A DNA stretch of 63,003 nt, filler included, from Octopus bimaculoides (Eukaryota): NCBI RefSeq assembly GCF_001194135.2. It is 7 parts of 7 records of this genome, joined end to end, with 100 filler letters (N's around TTAATTAATTAA, not from the genome) between each part and the next. Parts side by side here need not be neighbours in the genome. Positions count along the whole stretch, not along the records: positions 1 to 3,038 come from NC_068983.1; positions 3,139 to 7,528 come from NC_069004.1; positions 7,629 to 13,674 come from NW_026376981.1; 4 more parts are not named here. One strand, 5' to 3'. Below are positions 1-13,575 of this stretch, piece by piece (position 1 is the stretch's first letter; every line of letters starts with the position of its first letter). A model generated the notes under the pieces. That model ran no database searches. It saw nothing but the letters and a program-made list of their open reading frames with translations, and was not told where the DNA came from. Made by a program: the position numbers and the translations under genes.

Positions 1-786
1 GCTCTACATCTGTATGTAACCCTTTGTGAATCTCTGAAGAGGCCTAGAGGTTCGGACATGTAACCCCATTTCAAAATGTCATCCGATAATCACTCCGGTA
101 AGGAATATTCGGATAGAATGGGGCCTGCCAAAACTAGGCCGTAACAGCTGTAAGATTAAACTTCTGTTCATCGTCTAATTCCTTATGTACTTTGTACTTC
201 TATATGTAAACCTTGTTGGCAAAATAACATAGTCTGCCATGGACACCTGTGCTTTGGTTCTTTCTTTCTTTTTCTTTTCTTCCTCTCTTTTGTCACTTTT
301 GCTATGAATTAAATTAATGAATTCAACGGGATACACCGTCTGCTAGTAGTCGGGTTCAGCATATTATCCTCCATGTATGTACATATGTATATATATATAT
401 GTATATATATATATATACATGTATGTATATATTATTTATATGCATGTAGGAAGTAAAGTATAGATACACACTCTCCCCCTCTCTTTCACACACACACACA
501 CGCACTCACCAAACACACACACATACATATAGAGACACATACATATCTGTAGACATGTATAACTGAATGCAATGTCATGCCCACGCATAGCTATTTTAAT
601 ATATACACCTAAAATATAGGGACACAGATATTGTGTCGTATAGCCAACTGGAAACGATGTTTCCTGGGGCTATACAACAGAAACATTCGTCCCATCCAGG
701 ACTGCCACTTTATGTTGGCAAAGAGGTGGTTTCAGCCAGGTTGGTATCAAAAGGGTTAAGAATTGTTTCTCTATTATATATTTTAA

Positions 787-1008
787 CCCTTTTGTTACCA
801 AATTTCTGTTGAGATGCTCCATGTTTCTTTCAATTAATTTTAAATATAACAAAGAATTTTGTAAAATAACTTAGTTACCATTCACCTAGTTTTAGGAACA
901 TAAATTGTGACTAGGGTTTGGTGGAAGATTTTAATTCAGAACTTTTAAAAACAAGACATTTGTACTACAGAGCCAGAGGCGGTTTCAGCCGGGTTGGTAT
1001 CAAAAGGG
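787..1008. mobile_element. piggyBac-like MITE with TTAA target duplication
   Basis: TTAA|CCCTTTTGTTACCA...TGGTATCAAAAGGG|TTAA, 13/14 TIR match. Related ends or fragments occur at about 720-760, 21110-21235, 21290-21556 and 27500-27705. Confidence 0.75.
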
Positions 1009-1962
1009 TTAAAATGTATTGTTTTGTTTTGCTTTCATTGAAGTGCTTAGAGTACCGGGCCAGACTGGAATTGCTTGATCACTGGGAAACAACAGATGGT
1101 ACTGAAGAAAATATTAAGAGCGGTTGTTGGCTACGCTAGAAACCGCAGCTAAGTCTCCTTCAGATTACCATCAGTTACATTAAAAAAATGAAAGGATATA
1201 TGAGGTAATGTAGTCGTTGATACCCTTAAAAATTAGGATGGATACTGCTGGAATGTTATGGGTTAGTTAGATTAACGTTGCCACACCACCAAAATATTTC
1301 CTAAAATTCAAATATATCGAAAGCAACCTAGATTACTACTACAACACCTCCCTAACAACACTATCTCTCCGACTCAAATCAGACACGTCTACAACACTTT
1401 ACAACAGTATCACAACACCATCTGTCTTCAAGTCAGCTCAGACGTATCTACAACACCTCACAACACCATCCTAACAACATACAATCATCCTCATATGCCT
1501 GTGTACTCGTTTGTTATTCTTGTTTTTCAACGGCTTAACAAACGGTGCTGGTGTGTTTACGTCCCGAGAAACTGAGAACAGTAGAATAAGCACCATATTG
1601 AAAGTACTTAGATGAGTTTCTTCGAGGACACACTTCAACTCATTGCTCCAGAATGGCTGAAGTTCAGTGACTGAAGCAAGTAATAGAACAGGAATAAAAA
1701 AGTATAATTGAAATACGAAACAAAACGTGAAATATACAAAATAAAATGCACACATTCTGTTCTACTCTAGGCACAAGGCCCGAAATTTTGGGGGAGGGGC
1801 CAGACGATTAGATCGACTCCAGTACGCAAGGATGAAAGGCAAAGTCGACCTCGGCGGGATATGAACTCAGAACGTAACAGCAGACGAAATACTGCTAAGC
1901 ATTTCGCCCGGCGTGCTAACGTTTTTGCCAACTCGCCGTCAGACATATACACGCACAGCAGC

Positions 1963-2042
<80 letters not shown>

Positions 2043-2264
2043 AAGCTAGATAATCCTTAATATATGGTAGCATAAATGTAATGTATTGCCATCATTATGT
2101 AAGCAAATGCCGAAGCTTTACGAGGACAGATCAGATTCCAAGAAAAAGTAATTTCAGTTTTACTCTATTAAATTACTCTGGTGACAGTCTTTCGTGAACT
2201 TGGAATTGATTTTGTATCAAACGAAAAGTGAGCCCATAGGAAAAAAATATCATTAAGACACAGC

Positions 2265-2965
2265 AAGGCAGCGACCTGGCGGCACCGTTAGCGCGCCGGA
2301 AAAATGCTTAGCGGCATTTCCGCCCTCTTTCCGTTCTGAGTTCAAATTCCGCAGAGGTCGACTTTACCTTCCGTCCTTTCGGAATTCGATTGATGTAATG
2401 TTTTTACTATTTCCAACAAAATTTCAGGCCTTGTGCCTCTGGTAGGAAGGGTTCTGATTTAGTTGAGCACTGGAAGGTGGTGGGGTTCGATTTAATCGTC
2501 TTAGCCCCTCCACTGAAATTGTTGAGTTTATGCCAAGATTTGGAACCACTGCTATTAAGGTACTGAACTGCCAGAATCGTTAGCATCATCTTGTTTGTCT
2601 TCAAGTTCTGGGTTCAAATCCCGCCGAGATCGACTTCGCCTGTCATCGTTTTAGCATCGATAAAATCAATACCAGTGTAACACTGGGTCACTGTAAACGA
2701 CTAGCACCCTCCACATCGAATTTCAGGCCTTGAGCCTATAATAGAAAGAAGGCAGCAAACTGGCAGAATCGTTAGCATGCCGGACAAAATGCATAGAGGC
2801 ATTTCGTCCGTCTTTACATTCTGAGTTCAAATTCCACCGAGGTCGACTTTGCCTTCCGTCCTTTGGAAATCGATAAAATAAGTACCAGTTAAGTATTGGG
2901 GTCGATGTAATCGACTATTCCCTTCCCCTAGATTTCAAGCCTTGTACCTATAGTAAAAAAGGACT
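2265..2965 (+). mobile_element. Tandem cluster of three diverged SINE family A copies
   Basis: Three successive heads (ctggcggcaccgttagc, ctgccagaatcgttagc, ctggcagaatcgttagc), each followed by gttcaaat and a caggccttg-type tail. Confidence 0.75.
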
Positions 2966-5297
2966 ATTATTGTTGTTGGTATTTTATAAATCGCTTTTAA
3001 TTTTATTTAGTTTAACCAAGAATAATCTTTTCTACTCTNNNNNNNNNNNNNNNNNNNNNNNNNNNNNNNNNNNNNNNNNNNNTTAATTAATTAANNNNNN
3101 NNNNNNNNNNNNNNNNNNNNNNNNNNNNNNNNNNNNNNAAAAAACAACAACAGACGAGGACAGATGGTGTAAACAACAAAAGGATGTATTAGTATGACGC
3201 TCGGGAATACGGAAAGTCTTTAACGTTTCGAGCTACGCTCTTCAACAGAAAGAATACGGAGACTTAGTGGTTATGTCATTAGGCTCACGAAATTCAATTC
3301 CTCGTGAGTTCAATTCCTGGCGACGCGTTGTGACCTTGAGCGAAACACTTTATTTCACGTTGCTCCAGTCCACTCAGCTGGCAAAAATGAGTAGTACCTG
3401 TATTCCAAAGGGCCAGCCTTGTCACACTCTGTGTCACGCTGAATCTCACCGCGAACTACCTTAAGGGTGCACGTGTCTGTGGAGTGCTCAGCCACTTGCA
3501 CGTTAATTTCACGAGAAAGCTGTTTTCGTTGATTGTATCAGCTGGGGCCCTCGTCGTCGTAACCGACGGAGTGCTCCTTGTATTTGTGTGTCTGTGTTTG
3601 TCCCCCACAATTGCTTGACTACCGATGTTGTTTCGATAGCGGTTCGGCAAAAAGAGACCGATAGAATAAGTACTAGGCTTACATAGAATAAGTCCTGAGG
3701 TGAATTTCTTCGATTAAAAGGCGGTGCTCCTGCATGGCCTCAGTGAAATGACTGAAACGAATGAATGAATAAAATTATAAGAATAATATAGAATAAGATT
3801 TTAAGGCAGCGAGCTGGGCTAAATGTGTAGCAGTATCTCGTAAGTCTTTACGTTCTGAGTTCAAATTCGACCGAAGTTGACTCCGCCCTTCAGGCTTTCT
3901 GTACCTATGAAATATATGTATCAGACGAGCACAGGAGTCGAGTTGAGGTACTCGACTTATCCTTTCTCGAATTTGTTGCCGTTGTAAGGAGCTAGAGACT
4001 GAAGATGGAAACGTATCACTAGTATCAAAGCATAAAAAGCATTGTAAACACTCTGAAATCATCAGAACACCTGAATTTATCCAGCAAATTCAAGAGACTA
4101 TTGATTACAATCCCAGAAAGTCCATGAGGTCAACTGCAAAAGGTCTGTATATATATATATATATATGTTAAATTCAAACTACGACAAACGTAAATAAACA
4201 AACGAATTTTTAGTTCTTTTTTAGAAGCGTTGAGATGTCTTTTAGAAAGTTAAAGAAGTGATTTTAAATTCTCAATCGCAGAATAATGCTAATAATATAG
4301 CCTGAACAGGATAAACTNNNNNNNNNNNNNNNNNNNNNNNNNNNNNNNNNNNNNNNNNNNNNNNNNNNNNNNNNNNNNNNNNNNNNNNNNNNNNNNNNNN
4401 NNNNNNNNNNNNNNNNNNNNNNNNNNNNNNNNNNNNNNNNNNNNNNNNNNNNNNNNNNNNNNNNNNNNNNNNNNNNNNNNNNNNNNNNNNNNNNNNNNNN
4501 NNNNNNNNNNNNNNNNNNNNNNNNNNNNNNNNNNNNNNNNNNNNNNNNNNNNNNNNNNNNNNNNNNNNNNNNNNNNNNNNNNNNNNNNNNNNNNNNNNNN
4601 NNNNNNNNNNNNNNNNNNNNNNNNNNNNNNNNNNNNNNNNNNNNNNNNNNNNNNNNNNNNNNNNNNNNNNNNNNNNNNNNNNNNNNNNNNNNNNNNNNNN
4701 NNNNNNNNNNNNNNNNNNNTGTGTGTGTGTGTGTGTGTGTGTTTGCCCCCCACCACATCGCTTGACAACCGATTCTGGTGTGTTTACGTCCCCGTAACTT
4801 AGCGGTTCGGCAAAAGAGACCGATAGAATAGGTACTATGCTTACAAAGAATAAGTCCTGGGAAGGCGGTGCTACAGCATGGCCGCAGTCAAATGACTGAA
4901 ACAAATAAAAAGAGTAAAGAGTATGAAGGCCTGTGGTCGAAACCACAGTAAGTTTTGATAAGGGCACATGAAGGGTCATTTTAAAAGCGCCTTTCTAACG
5001 ATCAATAATTGTGCATACTGGTTTGTACTGGTTTATACTCGTAATTTCTCGGTTAACTCCGGTTGCAAGCAATTCCAATTGATCTGTTTTAAAATTCTAG
5101 TTTCGTTGTCACCGCGTTCTCTACTATATTCTGTATATTATATTCTATATATTATATCGAGTCTATATTTCCTGTATTACGCAGCTGCCTGTCTGTCTCT
5201 CTCTCTCTCTCTCTGTCACATACACACACCACACACACACATGCACACAAACACGAACACACACTCCCAAATGTAATCACACCTTTTTATACTAATA

Positions 5298-5348
<51 letters not shown>

Positions 5349-5447
5349 GCATACATGTATGTATATATGTATGTGCAAATAGATACGCATATGTATATAT
5401 AAATGTATATATATGTATGTATAATATATACGCATATATATATAATG

Positions 5448-5482
<35 letters not shown>

Positions 5483-5540
5483 TCATTATCTGAAGTCGCT
5501 GACATCGCTGAGCTGCAAAAAAAAAAAAAATGCTTTTTAC

Positions 5541-5633
5541 CTGACATCGCATAGACTGTAGGTGGAAGCGTGCATGACATTATCTGGTGTCGCTTTTTTG
5601 TCAAAACCCACCAGGACGCCCATCTTTCATGTT
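5541..5633 (-). CDS. Candidate exon of an unidentified gene (possible start exon MGVLVGFDKKATPDNVMHASTYSLCDV, ATG at 5623)
   Basis: Acceptor tgtttctgtcttacag| and donor CAG|gtaaaa flank 93 nt of non-repetitive, higher-GC sequence. An alternative phase-1 frame (HERWASWW...) is also open. Confidence 0.4.
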
Positions 5634-6008
5634 CTGTAAGACAGAAACATGCCTCACCACCCACAAACCTATGTCTACCGTGGAGCTAAGTGACCTTCTT
5701 ATAAAATACTTACAACTGAAGATTTGCTAGCTATCGTTTCTTCGGCAAGTTCAATTACACACAATGCTGTATATATGTATGTATGTATGTATGTACGTAC
5801 GTATGTATGTGTGTGTGTGGGTATGTATGAACACTTATGAATTAATGTATAAACATATAGTCAAGAGTTATGAGAGGTAAATATGGATGTGTTTAAAGCA
5901 TGTCGTCCATTGGGTTACGGCCGTTTCGTAACCTTTTTCATGTAATATTAATTTCGGTATGAAGACATCATGCATAGATGTGTGCATTAAAACGAATGCT
6001 CAGCATTA

Positions 6009-7276
6009 TCTATATATATAAAAATGAGAATGTGTGTCTGTCTGTCTGTCTGTCTGTGTGAATCCCTAAAACTCGAGAACTACGCAACCAATTTCATTCA
6101 AATTTTACACATGCCTTACTTAGGGTTCCAGTTGTGTTTTAGTCAAAAAAAATTTTAACTTCTTGCAGAGTTCGAGCCCACGGCAACATAATATCTCCTC
6201 CACTATTTACGTATTACGTGTCAAAAGTGAAACAAAAACACTCATGTCAAATACTTTCACTTTAAAAATGAAACTATTCTACTAACTGAAACAATCACAT
6301 TTTGATACTGTAATGACAGATACTTTCAGAGAGAAAGAGAGAAAGAGAGAGAGAGATGTATATGTATACATATAGATGTATATGNNNNNNNNNNNNNNNN
6401 NNNNNNNNNNNNNNNNNNNNNNNNNNNNNNNNNNNNNNNNNNNNNNNNNNNNNNNNNNNNNNNNNNNNNNNNNNNNNNNNNNNNNNNNNNNNNNNNNNNN
6501 NNNNNNNNNNNNNNNNNNNNNNNNNNNNNNNNNNNNNNNNNNNNNNNNNNNNNNNNNNNNNNNNNNNNNNNNNNNNNNNNNNNNNNNNNNNNNNNNNNNN
6601 NNNNNNNNNNNNNNNNNNNNNNNNNNNNNNNNNNNNNNNNNNNNNNNNNNNNNNNNNNNNNNNNNNNNNNNNNNNNNNNNNNNNNNNNNNNNNNNNNNNN
6701 NNNNNNNNNNNNNNNNNNNNNNNNNNNNNNNNNNNNNNNNNNNNNNNNNNNNNNNNNNNNNNNNNNNNNNNNNNNNNNNNNNNNNNNNNNNNNNNNNNNN
6801 NNNNNNNNNNNNNNNNNNNNNNNNNNNNNNNNNNNNNNNNNNNNNNNNNNNNNNNNNNNNNNNNNNNNNNNNNNNNNNNNNNNNNNNNNNNNNNNNNNNN
6901 NNNNNNNNNNNNNCTTACATTGTGATTTCTGCAATGTGGTGCATAAATTGTCAAGTAAATGAGACGCATCTTTGCCTCCACTGATTCACTTGCAAAGTGT
7001 TGAGTAAAATTATTTCGTTGCAGACCTCCTTTGGGTCTTTTTATTATCACTACGACACACATAGTCCCCAGTTGGTAACATTGAATTCAAGGCCCTCCTA
7101 GATGAGAGACTGGCATTCCACTTAATGTCTATGTTCCATGCTGGCATGGATTGGAGAGTTATTAATGTAGAAATATGGTATTGTAGCTACTAACAGTTGA
7201 GGGTTGCGTAGTCTAGACGGCGTTTTTAGATTTCATTATTCTCTTTAACCCGGGAAAAGCCGGGTATTTCTGCTAG
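6009..7276 (+). mobile_element. Non-autonomous Helitron (contains a gap)
   Basis: 5' end is A|TCTATATATATAAAAATG followed by (TGTC)n. 3' end is a CCCGGGAAAAGCCGGG hairpin then TATTTCTGCTAG|T. The insertion lies between A and T, as expected for Helitrons. Confidence 0.7.
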
Positions 7277-8013
7277 TGTAATATAATCATATATCCACAA
7301 ATTAATGCAATTAAAGAAAGCTAGCGAATGATATCATAATATCACACACACACATATATATAGCATTGCTTATGGCCACTTTAATGTGGGTTTCCTCTAA
7401 GAGACGACAATACTGGCATTGCTTTGGTCGACCCGAGGCTATAGTAGTAGACACTTGCCCAAGGTGCCACGCAGTGGGATTGAATCCAGGACCATGTGCC
7501 TGCTAAGCAAGCTACTTAACACACAGCCNNNNNNNNNNNNNNNNNNNNNNNNNNNNNNNNNNNNNNNNNNNNTTAATTAATTAANNNNNNNNNNNNNNNN
7601 NNNNNNNNNNNNNNNNNNNNNNNNNNNNATATATATATGCATACATATGCAATTACACACACACACACATACACATACACACATGCACAACACACGCGTA
7701 TATTTGTGTATTTGAGAAACAGGTAGACACTAGAGAGGGAGGAGAGGGAGGGAGAGGGAAAGAGAGAGGTGTTTGGAGACAGAGAGAGAAAGAAAGAATG
7801 TGAGAGGAGAATGAATGGTCGAAGGAGATCTTGGAATAGTCGCAGGAAATACTGGAGGAGAGAAAGAATTATGCCAGGCCCCCATTAAAACCGGGGAATG
7901 GCTAAATAAGTATCCATTTTTTATTGTCTGCTGAAACCCAGTCAATGTCGCCAAAAACCTTTATTCGCGCCAGTTCAATGGTACCAAACCAAAAAAGAAA
8001 ATGACCCACTCTT

Positions 8014-8595
8014 TCATAATGACAACAACAACAACAACAACAAGAGGAGGAAGAGGTGGAGTAGAAGAGAGAAGAAAACTAAAGAAGAATGATGATGATA
8101 ATGTTGGTGATGATGATGATGATGATGATGATGAACATAATAATGATTTCTTTCATTTGCTACCAGAGCGAGGGATGAGGGAGCCAATTGGAAGACAGGT
8201 ATGATGTGTTGGGGGGGGGGGAGTACATAATAACAGTAAAAAGAAGAAGAAGAAGAAGAAGAAGAAGAAGAGAAAAAATTGGAAAGAGAAGAATTGGAAA
8301 GAGAAGAATTGGAAGAAGAAGAAGAAAAATTGGAAAGAGAAGAAGAAGAAGAAGAAGAAGAAGAAGAAGAAGAAGAAGAAAAAGAAGAAGAAGAAGGGGA
8401 AGGGAAGGAGAAGAGGAAGAAAAAGAAGAGGAAGAAAAAGAAGATGAAGACGATGGTGATGATGATGAGGGTGATGATGATGATGATGATAATAATAATG
8501 AAGATGAGGGAGAAGGATGCTGATAATGATGATGGTGATGATGATAGCCATAATAACAACAAAACAACAGCAGCAGCAGCAGTAGTAGTAGTAGT
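8014..8595. repeat. Compound trinucleotide low-complexity tract (ACA, GAT, GAA, CAG, TAG)n
   Basis: Directly visible; explains the overlapping homopolymeric ORFs. Confidence 0.95.
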
Positions 8596-8899
8596 GTCAC
8601 TTTAGCAACGGCGATAATGAACGGAGGGAGTCGCAATTGATTCCCGAATGAAATTGAGAATAAGAACGACACGAAGAAGGAAAGATGAAAATAGCTATTT
8701 ATATAACGTGCTGTACTCGCGCGCGCATGCGTGTGTGTAAGCCTGGTCGAATGTTTAAGATGTTCACTTTGCGAACATGAAGTTCAGGTTTCGATCTCAC
8801 AGCGTAGAATTTCGGGGGAAATACCATTTTCTGTGACTTCATATATCGATCTGGTAGCATTCCCTATCAGAGAGTTGTGTAGATGGGAAATTGCGGAGA

Positions 8900-9300
8900 A
8901 GCCTCTGGTTGTGTGGTAAGCAGCTTGCTTACCAACCACATGGTTCCGGGTTCAGTCCCACTGCGTGGCACCTTGGGCAAGTGTCTTCTACTCTAGCCTC
9001 GGGCCGACCAAAGCCTTGTGAGTGGATTTGGTAGACGGAAACTGAAAGAAGCCCGTCGTATATATGTATATATATATGTATGTGTGTGTATATGTTTGTG
9101 TGTCTGTGTTTGTCCTCCAAATATCGCTTGACAACCGATGTTGGTGTGTTTACGTCCCCGTAACTTAGCGGGTCGGCAAAAGAGACCGATAGAATAAGTA
9201 CGAGGCTTACAACGAATAAATCCTGATTGATTTACTCGGCTAAAGGCGGTGCTCCAGCATGGCTGCAGTCAAATAACTGATACAAATAAAAGAATAAAAT
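8900..9300 (+). mobile_element. SINE family C, near full length (tRNA-like head, internal TA/TG microsatellite, AAAAGAGT tail)
   Basis: GTGTGGTAAGCAGCTTGCTTACCAACCACATGGTTCCGGGTTCAGTCCC... Approximate other copies: 4730-4925, 7385-7528(-), 10030-10520(-), 14465-14830, 26930-27500(-), 30730-30960(-), 31790-32250, 42470-42650(-), 47375-47710, 50845-51370(-). Confidence 0.8.
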
Positions 9301-9649
9301 GAATACAGCTTTGTCATACACTATGTTTCGCTGGGCTTTGTTCTGGAATTGTGTTGAGAGTAGACTCTTAAGAGTAGACTCGTCTACGAAACATTGGGTT
9401 GCAGGCGGCTGAGTACTCCACAGAAATTCACGTGCAGGCGGCTGAGTACTCCACAGACACGCGTACCTTTAACGCAGTTCTCAAGGAGATTCAGTGTGGC
9501 AAAGAATGTAACAAGACTGGCCCTTTTCAAATACATATTTGCCAGTTGAGTGGGCTGGAGTAATGTGAAATTCCGCCGGGAATCGAACTCACAACCTAAC
9601 TATCGTGAGCCAAATGCCCTAAACACTGAACCACGCGCCTTCACTACGA

Positions 9650-9915
9650 GTCGAAATTGCAACACCAGTAACAATGGCGGCATCGTGGTCGATGTCTACC
9701 AAGGAATTGGCAAAGCCATTGCGGAATTCTTGAGAATGTACGTTACGTGATACACTAATACAATCGGCAAAAACACGAAGATCCAGCTTTGGAACAGTAT
9801 TCGACCGAAACACTGGAAAAAGTTCCTGGTTTTAAGAGTAACACGAAGGAAAACAGAAAACTACGGAAGCACAAAACTCTTCCGGCTCCGCACAAACATC
9901 CGCAGCCATTTTGAA
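9650..9915. promoter_or_regulatory. CpG-enriched promoter-like patch with two YY1-type motifs
   Basis: Non-repetitive and CpG-rich relative to its flanks. caATGGCGGC at about 9672 (+) and CAAAATGGCTGC at 9902-9913 (-) resemble the YY1 consensus CAAAATGGCGGC typical of 5' ends. Confidence 0.4.
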
Positions 9916-10354
9916 AATAAACTATTCTGTAAACGAACGCAAGAAATATAAATTCGTTAATGGATTCTTTTATGGAATAACGAACGTATTTTATTTTCTT
10001 CCTTTATTTTTATATAAATTTTGTTGTTTCTTTCCATTTCTTGTTTCAGTCATTGGACTGCGGCCGTGCTGGAGCACCACCTTGAAAGGTTTACTTAAAC
10101 AAATCGACCCCAGTATTGTATTTTATCTGTATGTCTGGTACCTTTTTGTTTTATCGATTTCTATCACTGAAACACTAAGTTATGAGAGCGTAAACAAACC
10201 AAGACCGGAGGATTTTTAGCTAAATGTATCGACCTATGTACTTTTTTAAAGCCTGGTACTTATTCTGTCGGTCTTGGTTTGCCGACCCCTAATTTAAGGG
10301 AAGACATAAACACACCAGCACTACTTGACAAGTAATGAGGGCATGTACACAAAC

Positions 10355-10400
<46 letters not shown>

Positions 10401-11631
10401 ATACACACACGCACACAATACGACGGGCTTCTTTCAGTTTCCACCTACACAGTAGGATTGAACGCGGAACCCTGTGGTTCAGAAGCAAGCTTCTTACCAC
10501 ACAGCCACGCCTGCCCCTATATATGTGTGCGTGTGTGTGTGTGTATAAATATATATAGATATACATATATACATGTGTGTATATGCATGTGTATATGAGT
10601 GTAAACTGGTGATGGCGGTGTTGGTGAAAAAAGTGTAACTGTACCCTTGGTGAGACGTGACGGGCATGGATAGAGGAATGTCTGACCTATCTATTATCCC
10701 TACCAACACGTCACTCACCACATTTTTTATTCATAGTTTCCTCTTCTATATACACCTCCTTGTCTTTATCTCCCTCTTTCTACCACTTAAAAGTTATATA
10801 CATANNNNNNNNNNNNNNNNNNNNNNNNNNNNNNNNNNNNNNNNNNNNNNNNNNNNNNNNNNNNNNNNNNNNNNNNNNNNNNNNNNNNNNNNNNNNNNNN
10901 NNNNNNNNNNNNNNNNNNNNNNNNNNNNNNNNNNNNNNNNNNNNNNNNNNNNNNNNNNNNNNNNNNNNNNNNNNNNNNNNNNNNNNNNNNNNNNNNNNNN
11001 NNNNNNNNNNNNNNNNNNNNNNNNNNNNNNNNNNNNNNNNNNNNNNNNNNNNNNNNNNNNNNNNNNNNNNNNNNNNNNNNNNNNNNNNNNNNNNNNNNNN
11101 NNNNNNNNNNNNNNNNNNNNNNNNNNNNNNNNNNNNNNNNNNNNNNNNNNNNNNNNNNNNNNNNNNNNNNNNNNNNNNNNNNNNNNNNNNNNNNNNNNNN
11201 NNNNNNNNNNNNNNNNNNNNNNNNNNNNNNNNNNNNNNNNNNNNNNNNNNNNNNNNNNNNNNNNNNNNNNNNNNNNNNNNNNNNNNNNNNNNNNNNNNNN
11301 NNNNNNNNNNNNNNNNNNNNNNNNNNNNNNNNNNNNNNNNNNNNNNNNNNNNNNNNNNNNNNNNNNNNNNNNNNNNNNNNNNNNNNNNNNNNNNNNNNNN
11401 NNNNNNNNNNNNNNNNNNNNNNNNNNNNNNNNNNNNNNNNNNNNNNNNNNNNNNNNNNNNNNNNNNNNNNNNNNNNNNNNNNNNNNNNNNNNNNNNNNNN
11501 NNNNNNNNNNNNNNNNNNNNNNNNNNNNNNNNNNNNNNNNNNNNNNNNNNNNNNNNNNNNNNNNNNNNNNNNNNNNNNNNNNNNNNNNNNNNNNNNNNNA
11601 TATATATATATATATACATACATACATATAT

Positions 11632-11669
<38 letters not shown>

Positions 11670-11679
11670 TACATACATA

Positions 11680-11725
<46 letters not shown>

Positions 11726-12312
11726 GCTGACTGTATGCGTGCACTTAAACACACACACACAGAAGACACACACGGGTACACATTAACACATTAGCACAAT
11801 ACACGCGAACAAGCGCCGTTTTTCATTGTCCAGCACTTTTGTAAAAATAGAAACTGGCGCTTGCAGCGACATCTATGCAGTTCTATTAAACCTACAGCCA
11901 ATATGGCGCCTTACTTGACCCGTATACTTTTATTTTTCTGCGGGTTATTTGTTGAATTTTGGGGCCTTTTTGTGAGTTTATCGCAGACGATGTCGTCACG
12001 TTGACATACAAGTCAAATGGAAGCGAAATACAGATTGGAAACATTCAATTGTGTGTGTGCGCGTGAGTATTTACGGGTGTGTACGCGTGCATATATGCAT
12101 TTGCATACCTGTGTATGTGTGTATAGTTGCATATATGCATATATGTATATGTGGGTGCGTATATATGTATTTATGCATATGTTAATATATGTATGTATTA
12201 ATCTATGTACGTATGTATATGAATATTTTAGTGCTGGTTTTATGTCTTTCTAAGCCTATATGAATATATATTTGTACGTAATGTATGTATGAATATATTG
12301 TCTATGTGTGTA

Positions 12313-12349
<37 letters not shown>

Positions 12350-12965
12350 TTATATGCATACATATATATATGTGTGTGTGTGAGTGTGTGTATGTGTATC
12401 TATATATATATATATATATATATATANNNNNNNNNNNNNNNNNNNNNNNNNNNNNNNNNNNNNNNNNNNNNNNNNNNNNNNNNNNNNNNNNNNNNNNNNN
12501 NNNNNNNNNNNNNNNNNNNNNNNNNNNNNNNNNNNNNNNNNNNNNNNNNNNNNNNNNNNNNNNNNNNNNNNNNNNNNNNNNNNNNNNNNNNNNNNNNNNN
12601 NNNNNNNNNNNNNNNNNNNNNNNNNNNNNNNNNNNNNNNNNNNNNNNNNNNNNNNNNNNNNNNNNNNNNNNNNNNNNNNNNNNNNNNNNNNNNNNNNNNN
12701 NNNNNNNNNNNNNNNNNNNNNNNNNNNNNNNNNNNNNNNNNNNNNNNNNNNNNNNNNNNNNNNNNNNNNNNNNNNNNNNNNNNNNNNNNNNNNNNNNNNN
12801 NNNNNNNNNNNNNNNNNNNNNNNNNNNNNNNNNNNNNNNNNNNNNNNNNNNNNNNNNNNNNNNNNNNNNNNNNNNNNNNNNNNNNNNNNNNNNNNNNNNN
12901 NNNNNNNNNNNNNNNNNNNNNNNNNNNNNNNNNNNNNNNNNNNNNNNNNNNNNNNNNNNNNNNNN

Positions 12966-13575
12966 NTCTGGTGGAACAGAAAAATCCCATCATAACTGTT
13001 GAGGAACTAGCAGAGAAGCTTGGATTTGGTCATTCAACCATCAATCAACACCTGCATGCCATCAGAAAAGTCAGCAAATTGGGTCAATGAGTTCCTCACA
13101 AACTTCCAGAGTCTAATCGCATGCAGAGAGTGAATATGTGCTCTTTTTTGCTGTCGTGACTCACAAATGGACCATTTTTGGACTGAATAGTGACTGGTGA
13201 TGAGAAATGGGTTGTCTATAAAAATGTCAAGCACCGAAGACAATGGGTTGGGAAAGGAGAAACACTGGCACCCCAGGCTAAAGTAGGTCTTCACCCATGT
13301 AAGGTGTTGTTATCTGTTTGGTGGAATGTAAAAGGTTTAATCCATTTTGAACTTTTAAACTTAAACCAAACGATAACAAAGGAGATCTACTATGAGCAGC
13401 TTCTGCAGCTTAAGTCAGTGGTAGAAGAAAAATAGCTATCTTTGGTTTGAAGACGAAAGATGTTCTTCAATCAGGATAATGCTCGGTCACATACAGTGAG
13501 GATGACATTCCAAAGGCTGAAACAATTTGAATGGGAAACGATGCCCCACTTACCATATTCGTCTGATCAGACATT
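12966..13575 (+). mobile_element. Decayed mariner transposase
   Basis: Translations give TVEELAEKLG...VPH, IVTGDEKWVVY, HPCKVLLSVWWNVKG, QDNARSH and MPHLPYS, with in-frame stops. Confidence 0.92.

Noticed and set aside
3083-3094. TTAATTAATTAA islands inside N-runs (also 7573, 13719, 35678, 57846, 59870)
   Set aside because: An identical 12-mer centred in fixed-length gaps with stops in all frames is a scaffolding spacer, not biology.
8001-8672. Poly-R/E/D/S/F ORFs
   Set aside because: This is a trinucleotide low-complexity tract with no splice or homology evidence.
9685-9745. GIGKAIAEFL, resembling an SDR Rossmann motif
   Set aside because: It lacks the preceding TGxxx, its ORF begins in a SINE, and no further SDR exons were found. 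It is probably chance.
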